Below are positions 28,911-38,497 of a stretch of DNA of 64,000 bases, one piece after another; positions within the stretch are counted from its first letter, which is position 1; each line of letters starts with the position of its first letter. The stretch covers positions 320,358-384,357 of the forward strand of contig CAVOXB010000027.1 in NCBI GenBank assembly GCA_963700305.1, written 5' to 3'. Below the pieces are notes generated by a model. The model had not been told where the DNA came from. It made no database searches and worked only from the letters and a program-made list of their open reading frames with translations. A program made the position numbers and the translations under genes. This stretch comes from an uncultured delta proteobacterium. Lineage in GTDB: Bacteria; Desulfobacterota; Desulfomonilia; Desulfomonilales; Desulfomonilaceae.

Positions 28911-29252
28911 TCATCTCTCTTCCGCAAGAACTGACTTTGTTTCTTCTTCAAGAATTGGGATCTTATCTTGGATTGCCGTCCATGCAGTCTCCAGGTTCAC
29001 TCCGAAATATTCGTGGATAAGTATGTTACGAAACCCAATGATTTTTGCCCACTCGACATCGAGGTATAGAGACTTGACGTCCTGCGGTAGACGATTCGCT
29101 GCCTCCCCTATGACTTCGAAGTTCCGGATGACTGCGTCTTGGGTCTTGAGGTCAGCCTGGAATTCTTCAAATGACATTCATTCAGTAAACCTCCGAATCT
29201 TCCGGCAAGATTCGAGGATGTCATCGAGATAGAGCCTAAAGTCCCGGGGCAT
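28911..29252 (-). pseudogene. hepT: HepT-like toxin (HEPN/DUF86) copy 1, interrupted by an in-frame TGA at 29178-29180
   Basis: The minus strand reads MPRDFRLYLDDILESCRKIRRFTE-[TGA]-MSFEEFQADLKTQDAVIRNFEVIGEA...RNILIHEYFGV (the Rx4HxY HEPN motif). The paralog at 30209-30556 has YTAGFSYEQF at the equivalent position. The start overlaps the mntA stop by 17 nt. Confidence 0.7.
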
Positions 29253-29535
29253 AAATGGTCTCCTCCAGGATGGCGGTGCGTATTCTCGGCTTTATGGTGT
29301 CTGAGATGACGAGATCAACTGGTCGTTCAAACAGTCCTTCCAAAAAAAATTTCAGATCGAAATAGTTGTCAAATGTGGCGCTCTCGAATTCCACGAGGAA
29401 ATCCATGTCGCTGGCCTCTGTTTGCTGATCGTGGGCGTACGATCCGAAAAATCCGAGGCGACGCACTCCGAAGCCACGAATCATTTCCAGATTCTCCTCA
29501 AGCCTGCGTAAGATTTCGTCGCGGTTCACTTCCAT
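29236..29535 (-). CDS. mntA: MntA-like nucleotidyltransferase antitoxin copy 1 (intact)
   Basis: 99 aa. RRLGFFGSYAHDQQTEASDMDFLVEF shows the GSxxxxxx...DxD minimal nucleotidyltransferase motif. Confidence 0.75.
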   Translation of the reverse strand: MEVNRDEILRRLEENLEMIRGFGVRRLGFFGSYAHDQQTEASDMDFLVEFESATFDNYFDLKFFLEGLFERPVDLVISDTIKPRIRTAILEETIYAPGL

Positions 29536-29576
29536 TGCCTCAATCTATTTCTAGCTAAGAAATACTTGTCAAATTT

Positions 29577-30212
29577 TCACAAAACTGCTCGGATCAGTTC
29601 TTTGAGAAGAACGGAGTCTTTCGCAGAAATCGAGAATATTTCAAAGCCTGCGGCCGAGATGTCCAGGTCCTCACCTGGCTCTACCCATTTAAAAAAGGCT
29701 TCCAAGCGTATCTCGTCTGTATCGAGCAGATCCTCCGGATGAATGGCGATGGTGATTCTTTCTCCTGTCCGCACGCCGAGCCCCATGACGCACCCGCCTT
29801 TTTCATTTATGTCAATAAGTAACCCCGGCGGAAGCTGCGGACAGTCGATACAGGAAACAGGTAGGAGTCGCTTCAAGGGATATCGTGGAGTTGACCTTTT
29901 GTCATCGGTTTCAACTTCGTAATCGTAGAGGATGGGCCTCCAGTAAACGTCACTTGAGCTGACCGCGCCCTCACGGATAAGACTTAAAAGCCTTCTTCTC
30001 AGTTCAGCCGCAGTAATTCGATACTTCTCCATGAGCTCCAAATCGGTCATGCTGCTCCCAAGGTCACTTATGAATAAGTCTTCTGCACGCTCCATGATTT
30101 GAGACTCCGTTTCTTTCGCAGAACTACTCTTAGCATACTGGAGATATTCATTGATCGCCATTGTTTTGAGCAATCGCGCGATCTTTGGGGCGCTCTGCCG
30201 GCTCCGTATCAC
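29577..30212 (-). CDS. Hypothetical protein with a possible C-terminal PilZ-like (c-di-GMP-binding) domain and an N-terminal HTH-like segment. Co-oriented with hepT copy 2, with a 4-nt overlap.
   Basis: RSTPRYPLKR (RxxxR) followed about 25 aa later by DINEKGGCVMGLGV, which resembles the PilZ (D/N)xSxxG motif with S replaced by N. Assignment is tentative. Confidence 0.4.
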   Translation of the reverse strand: MIRSRQSAPKIARLLKTMAINEYLQYAKSSSAKETESQIMERAEDLFISDLGSSMTDLELMEKYRITAAELRRRLLSLIREGAVSSSDVYWRPILYDYEVETDDKRSTPRYPLKRLLPVSCIDCPQLPPGLLIDINEKGGCVMGLGVRTGERITIAIHPEDLLDTDEIRLEAFFKWVEPGEDLDISAAGFEIFSISAKDSVLLKELIRAVL

Positions 30213-30556
30213 TCCTTTGGTTCGAGAATGCGTTGCACGCTATCTCTAACCCGCGGCAGATCGTTTTGAATTATCTTCCAGATCACATCGAGCTTGATCC
30301 CGAAATACTGGTGCACAATAATGTCTCTTAATCCGGCCATATCTCGCCACGGAACCTCAGGATAGTGGGAACGTATTTCTTCTGGGATGTTTTTCGTTGC
30401 TTCTCCAATAATTTGAAGGTTCCACACTACTGCTTCAACAGTCTTTTGATCGGCAGCGAATTGCTCATACGAGAATCCCGCTGTGTATCCTAAGACTTTT
30501 CCGGAGGCTTCCAGAATATCGTCCAGGAATACTCTATAATCCCTCGGCATAAACAA
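30209..30556 (-). CDS. hepT: HepT-like toxin (HEPN/DUF86) copy 2 (intact, 115 aa)
   Basis: MFMPRDYRVFLDDILEASGKVLGYTAGFSYEQF...RDIIVHQYFGI (Rx4HxY). Confidence 0.8.
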   Translation of the reverse strand: MFMPRDYRVFLDDILEASGKVLGYTAGFSYEQFAADQKTVEAVVWNLQIIGEATKNIPEEIRSHYPEVPWRDMAGLRDIIVHQYFGIKLDVIWKIIQNDLPRVRDSVQRILEPKE

Positions 30557-30827
30557 CCTCGTTAAGGATGATTGGTCTGAGCCTCGGCTTCACTGCGTCC
30601 GCAAAAACAAGATCCACGGAACAGCCAAACAGCTGCTCAAGGAACTCTTTCAGGTTCAAGTAGTTTTGGAGCGTAGCATCATAGAACTCCACCAGGAAGT
30701 CTATGTCGCTGGACTGTTTCTCTTCGCCACGCGGCATACGAACCAAAGACACCTAGGCGATGCACTCCGAAACCTCGGATGGCCTCACGATTCTCCTCTA
30801 ACGTTTTCAGGATGATGTCGGAAGTCA
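30534..30827 (-). pseudogene. mntA: MntA-like nucleotidyltransferase antitoxin copy 2, with a frameshift (1-nt insertion near 30730)
   Basis: Upstream frame: MTSDIILKTLEENREAIRGFGVHRLGVFGSYAAWRR. ORF frame: (R)MPRGEEKQSSDIDFLVEF.... The expected contiguous sequence is ...GVFGSYARGEEKQSSDIDFLVEF. Confidence 0.7.
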
Positions 30828-31244
30828 TAGCGATGATCTCCGAATCACATCATGGTTGTCCGGATCATGTTGCCAATGGGATGGATGTTCCTCAAAGTAT
30901 TTTCGACTAGCGTGCAAGCCTTTTCCTTCCGGACGACGTGTTCGTAATAGTTGCGTTGCCAGGGTTTCGCGCTCTATTGATCCCCATAATTCGTATTCAG
31001 GTGTCGAATAAATTCATTGGTCATCACCGTTTTGAAGCATGCACGATCTTTGGTAGGGGGTCACCCGCGTGTGCGCCCGAATCTGAGCAGACGCGTGGGT
31101 CTGCCTCTACCCCTGGGATTATGCCATGAAAATGGTTGGTTGGGCATAATCACATAAGCATCACTCTCATAGTGGAAATTTGTTCTTCTAGCGTCTTACA
31201 CGAATGAAATTTTCATACTTGAAATACAAAGACACGCATTGTTC

Positions 31245-32762
31245 CTATTTCTTGACCTGCTTGTCAGCCGGTAGAGAACTGTCAAGAGTCTTGCCCGTAT
31301 CCGTGGCTTTACCCAGGAATTCGGGCAATTGCAGGCCTACTGTTTTCGCTAAATCATGCATCGGAGGAAGGACCCCCAAAAGACGGCGACCAAGATCCGA
31401 AACACCACCATCGCCGCCGCCGTCCCACACAACCATTTTCTCGATGGGGAGATTCTTTATTGCCTCAGCCTGTATATGGGTCAGGTCCACAATCTTTTCA
31501 ATCAAGAGAAGCGACGCAGTGAGCGAAGGATCTGCCGCACATGATCCGATAAGAGACTTGTAACCAGCAGCTTTTGCGTCCAGTTGAGCCTGAGCACCCT
31601 GCGCTTCAGCCTGCATGCGAACGAGAATGCCTTCAGCTTCGCCTTTTGCAACCAACACTTTTTGTTGTCGCTGGGCTTCTGCGTTTACCACGGCCTTTTG
31701 CCGCTCGGCCTCAGCCGGCACAACCACTTCGGCGTTCAATCTGGCTTCCTCTCGGCGTGCCCGAGCCTGTTCTGCCAGCTTCTGAGATTCTTCCTGAGCG
31801 ACTCTAATTGTGGCATCCGCCTGGACAGAGGCGCTTTGTGCTTTGGCTCTGGCTTCTTCCTCGGCAACTTTCTGCGTGGCCTGGAAACCAGCTTTGTTTG
31901 CATACGCCCCGGATTCTGTTTCTACAGCTTGCGCATCAAGCACGGAAGTTTTCTGTCGGCGGTCGCGAGAGGCTTCTGCCTCTCCTATGGATGCGCCCGC
32001 TTCTGCTGCAGCGACTGCTTTGCGGCGATCCCGCTCGGCTTCAGCTTCTCCTACGGACGCTTGCGCATTGGCTGCTGCAACGGCTCTGCGCTGGTCGCGC
32101 TCGCGTTCAGCCACTCCTATTTTTCCCAGCTTCTCCTGTTCAGCCACATCGATAATCGCCTGGTTTACGGCTTCCGCTGCCGCTTTTCTGCCTAATGCCT
32201 TTATATAGCCGCTATCATCCTCGATGTCCTTGATATTTACATTGATGACACTAAGACCTATTTTTTCAAGCTCCACAGAGACAGCGTCATTGACTTTTGC
32301 CATGAACGCTTGCCGATCCCGGTTGATCTCTTCTATTAACATGGTGGCGATTACCGCACGCATCTGCCCGAGAATGATGTCTTGTGCCTGTTTTCGGATA
32401 TCGTCGATAGTCTGCCCCAGGAGTCTTATTGCGGCGTTCTGCATAATGCCGTGTTCAGTGCTGATTGCAGCGGTGACCGTAGTGGGCACGGAGACACGGA
32501 TGTTCTCCCTAGAAAGAGCATTCGCAAGTTCGATAGGAACAACGAAAGGCTCCAGGTCCAACCATTCAAACGACTGCAGAACAGGCCAAACAAAAGCCGC
32601 TCCGCCGTGCACGCAATTCGCAGCTCCCTCTCCGGTTTTTCCGTAAATTACGAGGATGCGGTTGGATGGGCAGCGTTTGTACCGTCCAACAAATACCCAC
32701 AGTAATCCGCATAGAATTACCGCAAGCAGCACCGTCAACGTGACGGCAGTCATCATGTTCAT
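31245..32762 (-). CDS. Flotillin-like SPFH/band-7 protein (YqiK/FloT-like) with a long Ala/Glu-rich coiled coil
   Basis: N-terminal TM segment, SPFH domain, then the repetitive AEAERDRRKAVAAAEAGASIGEAEASRDRRQ coiled-coil region. Confidence 0.8.
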   Translation of the reverse strand: MNMMTAVTLTVLLAVILCGLLWVFVGRYKRCPSNRILVIYGKTGEGAANCVHGGAAFVWPVLQSFEWLDLEPFVVPIELANALSRENIRVSVPTTVTAAISTEHGIMQNAAIRLLGQTIDDIRKQAQDIILGQMRAVIATMLIEEINRDRQAFMAKVNDAVSVELEKIGLSVINVNIKDIEDDSGYIKALGRKAAAEAVNQAIIDVAEQEKLGKIGVAERERDQRRAVAAANAQASVGEAEAERDRRKAVAAAEAGASIGEAEASRDRRQKTSVLDAQAVETESGAYANKAGFQATQKVAEEEARAKAQSASVQADATIRVAQEESQKLAEQARARREEARLNAEVVVPAEAERQKAVVNAEAQRQQKVLVAKGEAEGILVRMQAEAQGAQAQLDAKAAGYKSLIGSCAADPSLTASLLLIEKIVDLTHIQAEAIKNLPIEKMVVWDGGGDGGVSDLGRRLLGVLPPMHDLAKTVGLQLPEFLGKATDTGKTLDSSLPADKQVKK

Positions 32763-33373
32763 TCCTCCTCTTTGAGGGATGTGACTTCAAGCACGTTGTC
32801 TTCGCCGATTCCCACGACAATGATTTTGGTCCCGGCAGGTAGAGGCAGTCCGTCTAGGGAACGAGCCTTTAAGAAGCTGATAACGCCGCTGGCAGAAACT
32901 CGAATCTGTCCGACGCCCTGTTCGGGAATATCCAGGTAAACAGTTCCATCAGTTCCAACTGCAGTCCAGAAACTAATATTGCCCCTCTCCTGCAAGCGAA
33001 GAAGAGCATACAGCAGATAGGAAACTGCAAACATGGCAACCAAGCCCCAAAAAAAGCTATAAAGCACCGCAAATGTCGGCGTGGTCCCGCCGGACAAATA
33101 GAGTGTCCCCGCCCAACTAAACAAAGTCCCAAATGCAACAATCGATCGGACTGAGACGAGAGTAAACGTTACCGCACCCTCACCACCATGCGACGCGTGA
33201 TCATGAACGTCCGCGCCATGGTCCATGGCCGCTCCATCGACTTGGACGTGCGAGTCAGGGTCCATGCCGACCAGGATAGCAATTACTTGCCAAACGAAAA
33301 GAACACTGAATAGGAGAGCGGATGACGCGAAGACTTTGTTCAATAGTGAAAGTCCTTGCCACCATGCTTCCAT
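32759..33373 (-). CDS. NfeD-like membrane protein (YqiJ-like), co-transcribed with the flotillin gene
   Basis: 204 aa. Membrane segments plus a C-terminal OB-like segment (IIVVGIGEDNVLEVTSL). The 4-nt overlap with the flotillin gene mirrors the E. coli yqiJK arrangement. Confidence 0.6.
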   Translation of the reverse strand: MEAWWQGLSLLNKVFASSALLFSVLFVWQVIAILVGMDPDSHVQVDGAAMDHGADVHDHASHGGEGAVTFTLVSVRSIVAFGTLFSWAGTLYLSGGTTPTFAVLYSFFWGLVAMFAVSYLLYALLRLQERGNISFWTAVGTDGTVYLDIPEQGVGQIRVSASGVISFLKARSLDGLPLPAGTKIIVVGIGEDNVLEVTSLKEEE

Positions 33374-33716
33374 TGTTTGTGCCCCAGGCTGAGATCGTAT
33401 TTCCGTCCGAAAGGGACTAGTCGCCCGATTGAGAATGACAGACCTAATGGCGGAAGATTCGATCTTCCACCAGGATGCGTGACGCTACATGAGAGTTGTC
33501 GGTATGGACGAAGGGTATCTCTTTGATGAGCTGGAATCAAGCAAAACCGAAAGGAAAAAATCGCTTCTCAAACCGACTCCTCTTGCCCCCTTTTTGAAAG
33601 GGAGGATGAAAGGCCCTTCAACCTCCGTTTCTTAAAGGGGCATAAGAGGTTTTCAACACCGGCAAGGTTCAATTTTGATGCCCATATTTACATGGTGTAG
33701 TCAAGTCGCCTCCCTA

Positions 33717-33917
33717 TTACTTGATCTGGGAACTACCCGCTTCAAATGTGCACTTGGAGAAATCAATCGTCTGACTGCAACCCTTGCAGATGTGTGACTT
33801 TTCGAATTCGTCCGAGAAAATCTCCTTTTCTTTACCGCAATTGGGACACTTGCAGATAAACGATGAGAGATTCTTGTGTGCCTGCAAACCGGGACAATGT
33901 AGTGGTGTGTTATCCAT
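33717..33917 (-). CDS. Small zinc-ribbon protein (66 aa)
   Basis: Two CxxC pairs (CKCPNCGKEK ... CKGCSQ). Confidence 0.4.
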   Translation of the reverse strand: MDNTPLHCPGLQAHKNLSSFICKCPNCGKEKEIFSDEFEKSHICKGCSQTIDFSKCTFEAGSSQIK

Positions 33918-34146
33918 AGTGAGACTCCTTATATGATCTTAAGCTTTCCCTCTCCGTCTTATAAGGACGTTGAAGCAAGTTGAGGGCCCCTGCAAGAAAG
34001 CGTTAACAACAGATTCTCAATCTCGTTGACAGGATTGTTGCTCCATTGTATGTGGAAAGCTCTCCACGTTTCATTTCATATTGTCCCGGCCGCTACGTTT
34101 TATAGCTTGGAGTGTTGCAGTTTCGGGCTTTGGTTCAGGAGGAATT

Positions 34147-34371
34147 ATGAGTTTTCTCCCGAGGCGCTCGCCCGTTCCTGTGTGGGGCTTTATTCTGGTT
34201 TTCATTTCGACCATGGTTACTGCTGTGAATGCGCAAGAGTCCTTCAGGATGGGGTTGTCCGGTCTGCCTTCCTTCATTGGTTCCGGCTTCTTCTGGACGG
34301 GCGCAGTGACAATTCGGCCGACCGTACAAGTTGGAGATCAGAAAATCTCGAGAAGCGGGGTGTTGAGTTGA
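34147..34371 (+). CDS. Small secreted/membrane hypothetical protein (about 75 aa)
   Basis: Strong RBS AGGAGG 6 nt before the ATG. Signal-peptide-like N-terminus. No homology recognised. Confidence 0.3.
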   Translation: MSFLPRRSPVPVWGFILVFISTMVTAVNAQESFRMGLSGLPSFIGSGFFWTGAVTIRPTVQVGDQKISRSGVLS

Positions 34372-35120
34372 GGAAAGGGACTTCCGTTTCCAATCTTGAA
34401 TAAAAGTTGAGCGCAAAAAAGGTGATTCCGAACCCGTAGACATGCCGCTCGGAATTGCTAGACGCTTAATTTTCCTATCTAATATTTAGTTTTCTTGTCG
34501 CTGAATGACAAAACGGTTGACGCGTGAGGCGGCGTCATATAATTCATAAGTTACATTTTTGTTCACTACCAGGCGAACACGTCATCAATTAGGTTGCCAT
34601 ACCAATTGGTGAACTCTGTGCAATATTTTTTGCTTATTAATTCCCCTGAGGGTCCTTGCCCTAAGATCCCCCTGATGCGGTACTAATTTGCGCCGCCTCA
34701 CTACGCTCTTTACGTAGTGCAAATCGAGTGCCAAACAACAAATTCCCTTTAAACAATGGTATCCGCGATCCAACTCATTTCTGAATTTCTTACCATAGGG
34801 TAAAAAAAGCCCGTTCTGTCCCGTGCTCAAGTCCCGATCCCGCGTCCAAGGACGGGATCGCACTGTAAAGATTGCACCTTTGATTAAGATTGACGGCTTA
34901 TGCGAGGCGGGGCTAAAACGCCCATGTCTTTAGCATTGGGGAAAACTAGTCACTCCCATGCGCGATTTTGTCAGCTTTGGACCAGGACAATTGTATCGAG
35001 ATGGAATTTTGTAGGTCGAGTGCCGGCTTTTCAGACATTCATCGTGCGGTCAGTCCGAATCCTGGTTGAAATGATGTCCTGATGCCAGTCGCAGCAACAT
35101 ATAGCAACCCCAAAAATAAT

Positions 35121-35450
35121 GTCCGTTTCCTCGTCATTCCTGCGAAGGCAGGATTCCAGAATCTGGACCCCGGATCAAGTCTTAATGCTTTTGAATTAGG
35201 ATTAATTCCCCGGATCACGCCGTAGGCGCGATCGTCACCCCGACGAAAGTCGGGGTCCAGTATTAGCGTTTCGGTGCATTGAAAAACCTGGATTCCGTCT
35301 TCCGACGTAATGACGATAGGTGGTCTGCATTCGCGGATTGACGGCTTGAGTCGACAGCATTGGGATCAAGTCCGGGGTGACGGGTACAATTCCCTTAAAT
35401 TGGACAAGAATTTTGGCAATTGGTATAAGCTTAGGATTTCGGCCCTCTGG
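35121..35450. repeat. Repeat family 1, copy A. MITE-like element 35121-35315 bounded by about 28-nt hairpin-containing terminal inverted repeats (CGTCATTCC..GGAATCCAG), plus an adjacent partial module at 35350-35450.
   Basis: Left TIR CGTCATTCCTGCGAAGGCAGGATTCCAG. Right TIR is the reverse complement of CGTCATTACGTCGGAAGACGGAATCCAGG. Internal hairpins CCCCGGATCA.., CCCCGACGAAAGTCGGGG. It shares the GGATCAAGTCCGGGG...AAATYGGACAAGAMTTTTGGCAAYTG module with copy B. Confidence 0.6.
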
Positions 35451-35486
35451 TAAAGATTGCGGGAAATACGCTGTGACGAAATCTTT

Positions 35487-36170
35487 TTATAGAGGACTTT
35501 TCCGCGCTATTCCCACGATACCAAATCTGGATTCGTGCCGAACGCCTTGCACCAGATGGAGATTCTGCAATTCGAGCGCTCTCAGGAATTGAGGACCGTC
35601 GAATCGGTCCTCTGTGGGGTGACGCACCAGGCGCTTCATGAAGAAGTTGGCGTAAAGGGGTGGATAGATCTCCTCAAAATAGAAAAGGCCGCCAGGCCGA
35701 AGCACTCTTGAGATCTCCGATATACAGCGCCTCCAGTCCAGCACGTGGTGAATTATGCCGAAGTTCACTACTGCGTCGAAGGACGAGTCTCCAAAAGGCA
35801 GATCCTGAGCGTCTCCCACATAGAATGATATTTTTTCTTTGAGGACATCAGGGGTGCCTCTTGCTGCCCGGACGACCAGGCGTTCTTCTAAATCGAATGC
35901 TACGACATCGCGGAATCCCATCCTGTTTACCATCAATCCAGCTCCGCGACCCAACCCGCATCCTATCTCCAGGGCGTTTTCTGCATTTGTCTTGCCCACC
36001 AACTTCAGCCATTCCCGAATCTCACGGATTTGAAAGAATACCCGAACCGGGCTGTAAATCCAGACGCGTTCCGGCCAGTTCATGAGCATTTTTTCTTTGT
36101 CGGAAAGACCCAGGTTGAAAATCCGTCGAAACGGTACTATCAGGGGCCTAATATTATTATTGCACTTCAT
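35487..36170 (-). CDS. Class I SAM-dependent methyltransferase (UbiE/COQ5-like)
   Basis: Motif I LEIGCGLGRGAG and post-I DLEERLV. Motif II/III region FDAVVNFGIIHHV...RVLRPGGLFYF. Confidence 0.7.
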   Translation of the reverse strand: MKCNNNIRPLIVPFRRIFNLGLSDKEKMLMNWPERVWIYSPVRVFFQIREIREWLKLVGKTNAENALEIGCGLGRGAGLMVNRMGFRDVVAFDLEERLVVRAARGTPDVLKEKISFYVGDAQDLPFGDSSFDAVVNFGIIHHVLDWRRCISEISRVLRPGGLFYFEEIYPPLYANFFMKRLVRHPTEDRFDGPQFLRALELQNLHLVQGVRHESRFGIVGIARKSPL

Positions 36171-36182
36171 TGTCTAATCGAA

Positions 36183-37142
36183 TCAAAGCGGTAGCAAAAT
36201 GGAAATTAGCACGACGACAAGAAACCCCAAGGGCATGTAGCTCGCCTTGTTGAACAAAGAAGCTGCTGCTGCGTAGGTCGGATTGTAGTAGACCTCCCGA
36301 GCCGGCTCGAGCAGCAACTTCCAGGAAACGAGAGCTGCGCCGATCAAATAAAATGGGCCGATTCCAGGTCCAGCCGTCCAGTAGATGGCTATTCCTGCCA
36401 GGGTAGCCATAGAAATTCCTGCAAGGAGTATAAAAACCGATTCTCTTAATCCGAGGACTGTGATCGTGGTACGAGCGGATACTTTGGCATCATCCTCCAT
36501 ATCGACTATATCATTGGCAATATTTTGACCGCCGACCTCCCATGCCGCTAGCCATAAGAATAGCACAGCCACAAAACCCGGTGCAGGACTAGGGTCGACA
36601 GCGTACACGCCGGCCAGTCCGCCGGTAGCTTTTACAATTGCGGATGGAATAATCTTCAGATGACTCACACGTAGCAACTTGCAGTATAGCGATTCCATGG
36701 AAGAAGAAATCAGGAACAGAAGCCCACAAAACGGATTGAGCCAATATGCGCCCGCCAACGCGATCATCGCCCATGCAGCGAACCAGATTGCACCGCTTCT
36801 GAAAGACAAAACACCACGGGCTACTGGATGACGCGTCAGAATTTCATCGACGCGCACCACTTCTTTGGAGTCCGGCGTCGGGACTAGTCTTTCTTTGTCA
36901 ACGCGGCAATCGATGAGGTCGTTAAGCGCATATACGGCGGTATAGCCTGCGAATGCCGTAATCAGCCCAACGAGAACGACCAACACACGCGGAAAGCTCC
37001 CCAGCCACAGCATGGCAGCCATTGCTGGCGTGCACATATCAAGCAGCCCGTGAGGCGTTCTGGACAAACTGAAAAACAATCTTAGGTTTATTGAAGGCAG
37101 GCCGCCCAACCATTCCGAGAGCCGGACGCTGACTTGATTCAT
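36183..37142 (-). CDS. UbiA-family aromatic prenyltransferase (membrane)
   Basis: NDLIDCRVDKER matches the NDxxDxxxD first Asp-rich motif. Multiple TM helices. Confidence 0.75.
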   Translation of the reverse strand: MNQVSVRLSEWLGGLPSINLRLFFSLSRTPHGLLDMCTPAMAAMLWLGSFPRVLVVLVGLITAFAGYTAVYALNDLIDCRVDKERLVPTPDSKEVVRVDEILTRHPVARGVLSFRSGAIWFAAWAMIALAGAYWLNPFCGLLFLISSSMESLYCKLLRVSHLKIIPSAIVKATGGLAGVYAVDPSPAPGFVAVLFLWLAAWEVGGQNIANDIVDMEDDAKVSARTTITVLGLRESVFILLAGISMATLAGIAIYWTAGPGIGPFYLIGAALVSWKLLLEPAREVYYNPTYAAAASLFNKASYMPLGFLVVVLISILLPL

Positions 37143-37215
37143 TTAACAATCCTCTACAAGTAATTGTCGCCCAAGCGGATAGCTTGGCTGCTCCGCATCG
37201 CACAATAGCTTACAA

Positions 37216-38028
37216 TTAATGACTTTCATAAGGAAAAACCAATTTTCCACCCAAGAACCCAATACAAGAAGCAATTACTGCAAGGGCCCAGAGTGCGCCT
37301 GCATAGGCCAGCACGGAGATGGCGGGAAAACTAAGTGGGTCGTCCAACAAAAACGATCTCGCGAGCACTGCGAGGATCGCAATCGTGAGAGAAAGCCACG
37401 CTAGATGTCGCTTCTTGGAAATGATCTTTGAATCACGTAGCTCGTAATTAATCCACCATGTGAAATAGCCTGAAGCCATTGCCGGAGGTATCGAAATTGT
37501 CGCAATTAATAAGCAGCAATAAGCAGCCCACTCGGTTCTAGGCGAATTCGATAATATTCCCAGGGTCTCCAACAGAGGTGCACCCATGAGGAAACCTAAT
37601 GGAAAATGGACTGCAGCAGGATGAGGATGCCTTCGGAACCATGGATAAGCATCCAAGAGTGCTTCTACTTTCGCTCTCAATCCCTCTGTGGGCACTTTTT
37701 CTACGCGGGCCAACAATCCGACCGTCTCGAAACGTTCCAACACTTCTAGGCCGTGAGGGGCGGACAAGATGTCATTACTCAGATCCGCACCGGCCTTGTG
37801 CCGTTTCATGTGAGTGCCGCTGGGCCATTTCTTGCTTGACGTTAAGTCGTAAACCTTTTCGTTTACCGCTACTAATGCTTGTCTTCCGTCCAGTCCATTG
37901 TTTTCGGCAAGTTCTTCGCTACTAATGGATTTCACTGCTTTCCCCGAACTCTTCAAGCTTATGATTCCATGAATAAAATCGAACTGTACAGTTACGAACC
38001 GGACGGCCGCACAATAGATGTCAGGCAA
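37216..38028 (-). CDS. Cytochrome b5-like heme/steroid-binding domain fused to a C-terminal multi-TM (DUF2231-like) domain
   Basis: ELAENNGLDGRQALVAVNEKVYDLTSSKKWPSGTHMKRHKAGADLSNDI fits the cyt-b5 fold signature. The C-terminal half is hydrophobic. Confidence 0.5.
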   Translation of the reverse strand: MPDIYCAAVRFVTVQFDFIHGIISLKSSGKAVKSISSEELAENNGLDGRQALVAVNEKVYDLTSSKKWPSGTHMKRHKAGADLSNDILSAPHGLEVLERFETVGLLARVEKVPTEGLRAKVEALLDAYPWFRRHPHPAAVHFPLGFLMGAPLLETLGILSNSPRTEWAAYCCLLIATISIPPAMASGYFTWWINYELRDSKIISKKRHLAWLSLTIAILAVLARSFLLDDPLSFPAISVLAYAGALWALAVIASCIGFLGGKLVFPYESH

Positions 38029-38068
38029 TCGGGCCGATCTAAAGATCCACGGGGCAGCCTCACATTTT

Positions 38069-38401
38069 CTATATCAGAGCGCGCAATTTCCAACAATTTT
38101 CGCCCGCAGGCTGAGTGACCTCAAATTGATCGCCTGAAGAGTGTTTCTTCAGAACGTCTTTGAGTATCCTGAAGGGCTTCAAGACGAAGAAATCATGGTT
38201 TTCGTCCGAGTCGTCCGAGACCACAGTTACAATCATCTGAACATTTTCATCGGCATAGATGGCTTCTTTGCCAACTAAAACACGGGGGTATCGAGGATTG
38301 CTCGATATTTCGCAAGTGCCAAGCTTTTCTGCTGCTTTGACGCTCTTGGCCTCTGTTTGGTGCGAATGTCCTGAGCAGCTTCTACATCCAGCCATAGTCA
38401 A
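38069..38401 (-). CDS. Hypothetical protein (110 aa) downstream of dnaX. Not YbaB-like.
   Basis: ORF only. Confidence 0.3.
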   Translation of the reverse strand: MTMAGCRSCSGHSHQTEAKSVKAAEKLGTCEISSNPRYPRVLVGKEAIYADENVQMIVTVVSDDSDENHDFFVLKPFRILKDVLKKHSSGDQFEVTQPAGENCWKLRALI

Positions 38402-38497
38402 TCTCCTGAATTGAATCTATCCGCAGGTTAGAAATTTGCGGCTTGTCTGTCAAGTCAGTCGGCGTCGGAATATTTCTCATGGGATCATTTATGAGCG

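Noticed and set aside
29178-29180. Possibility that the in-frame TGA in hepT copy 1 encodes selenocysteine
   Set aside because: No SECIS-like hairpin follows. The paralog has Ala/Gly at this position (YTAGFSY), and HepT is not a known selenoprotein. Treated as a nonsense mutation.
31574-32705. Several plus-strand ORFs (31584..32195, 31808..32155, 31810..32208, 32224..32646, 32382..32705)
   Set aside because: Antisense to the flotillin coiled-coil region. Repetitive Ala/Glu codons generate open antisense frames.
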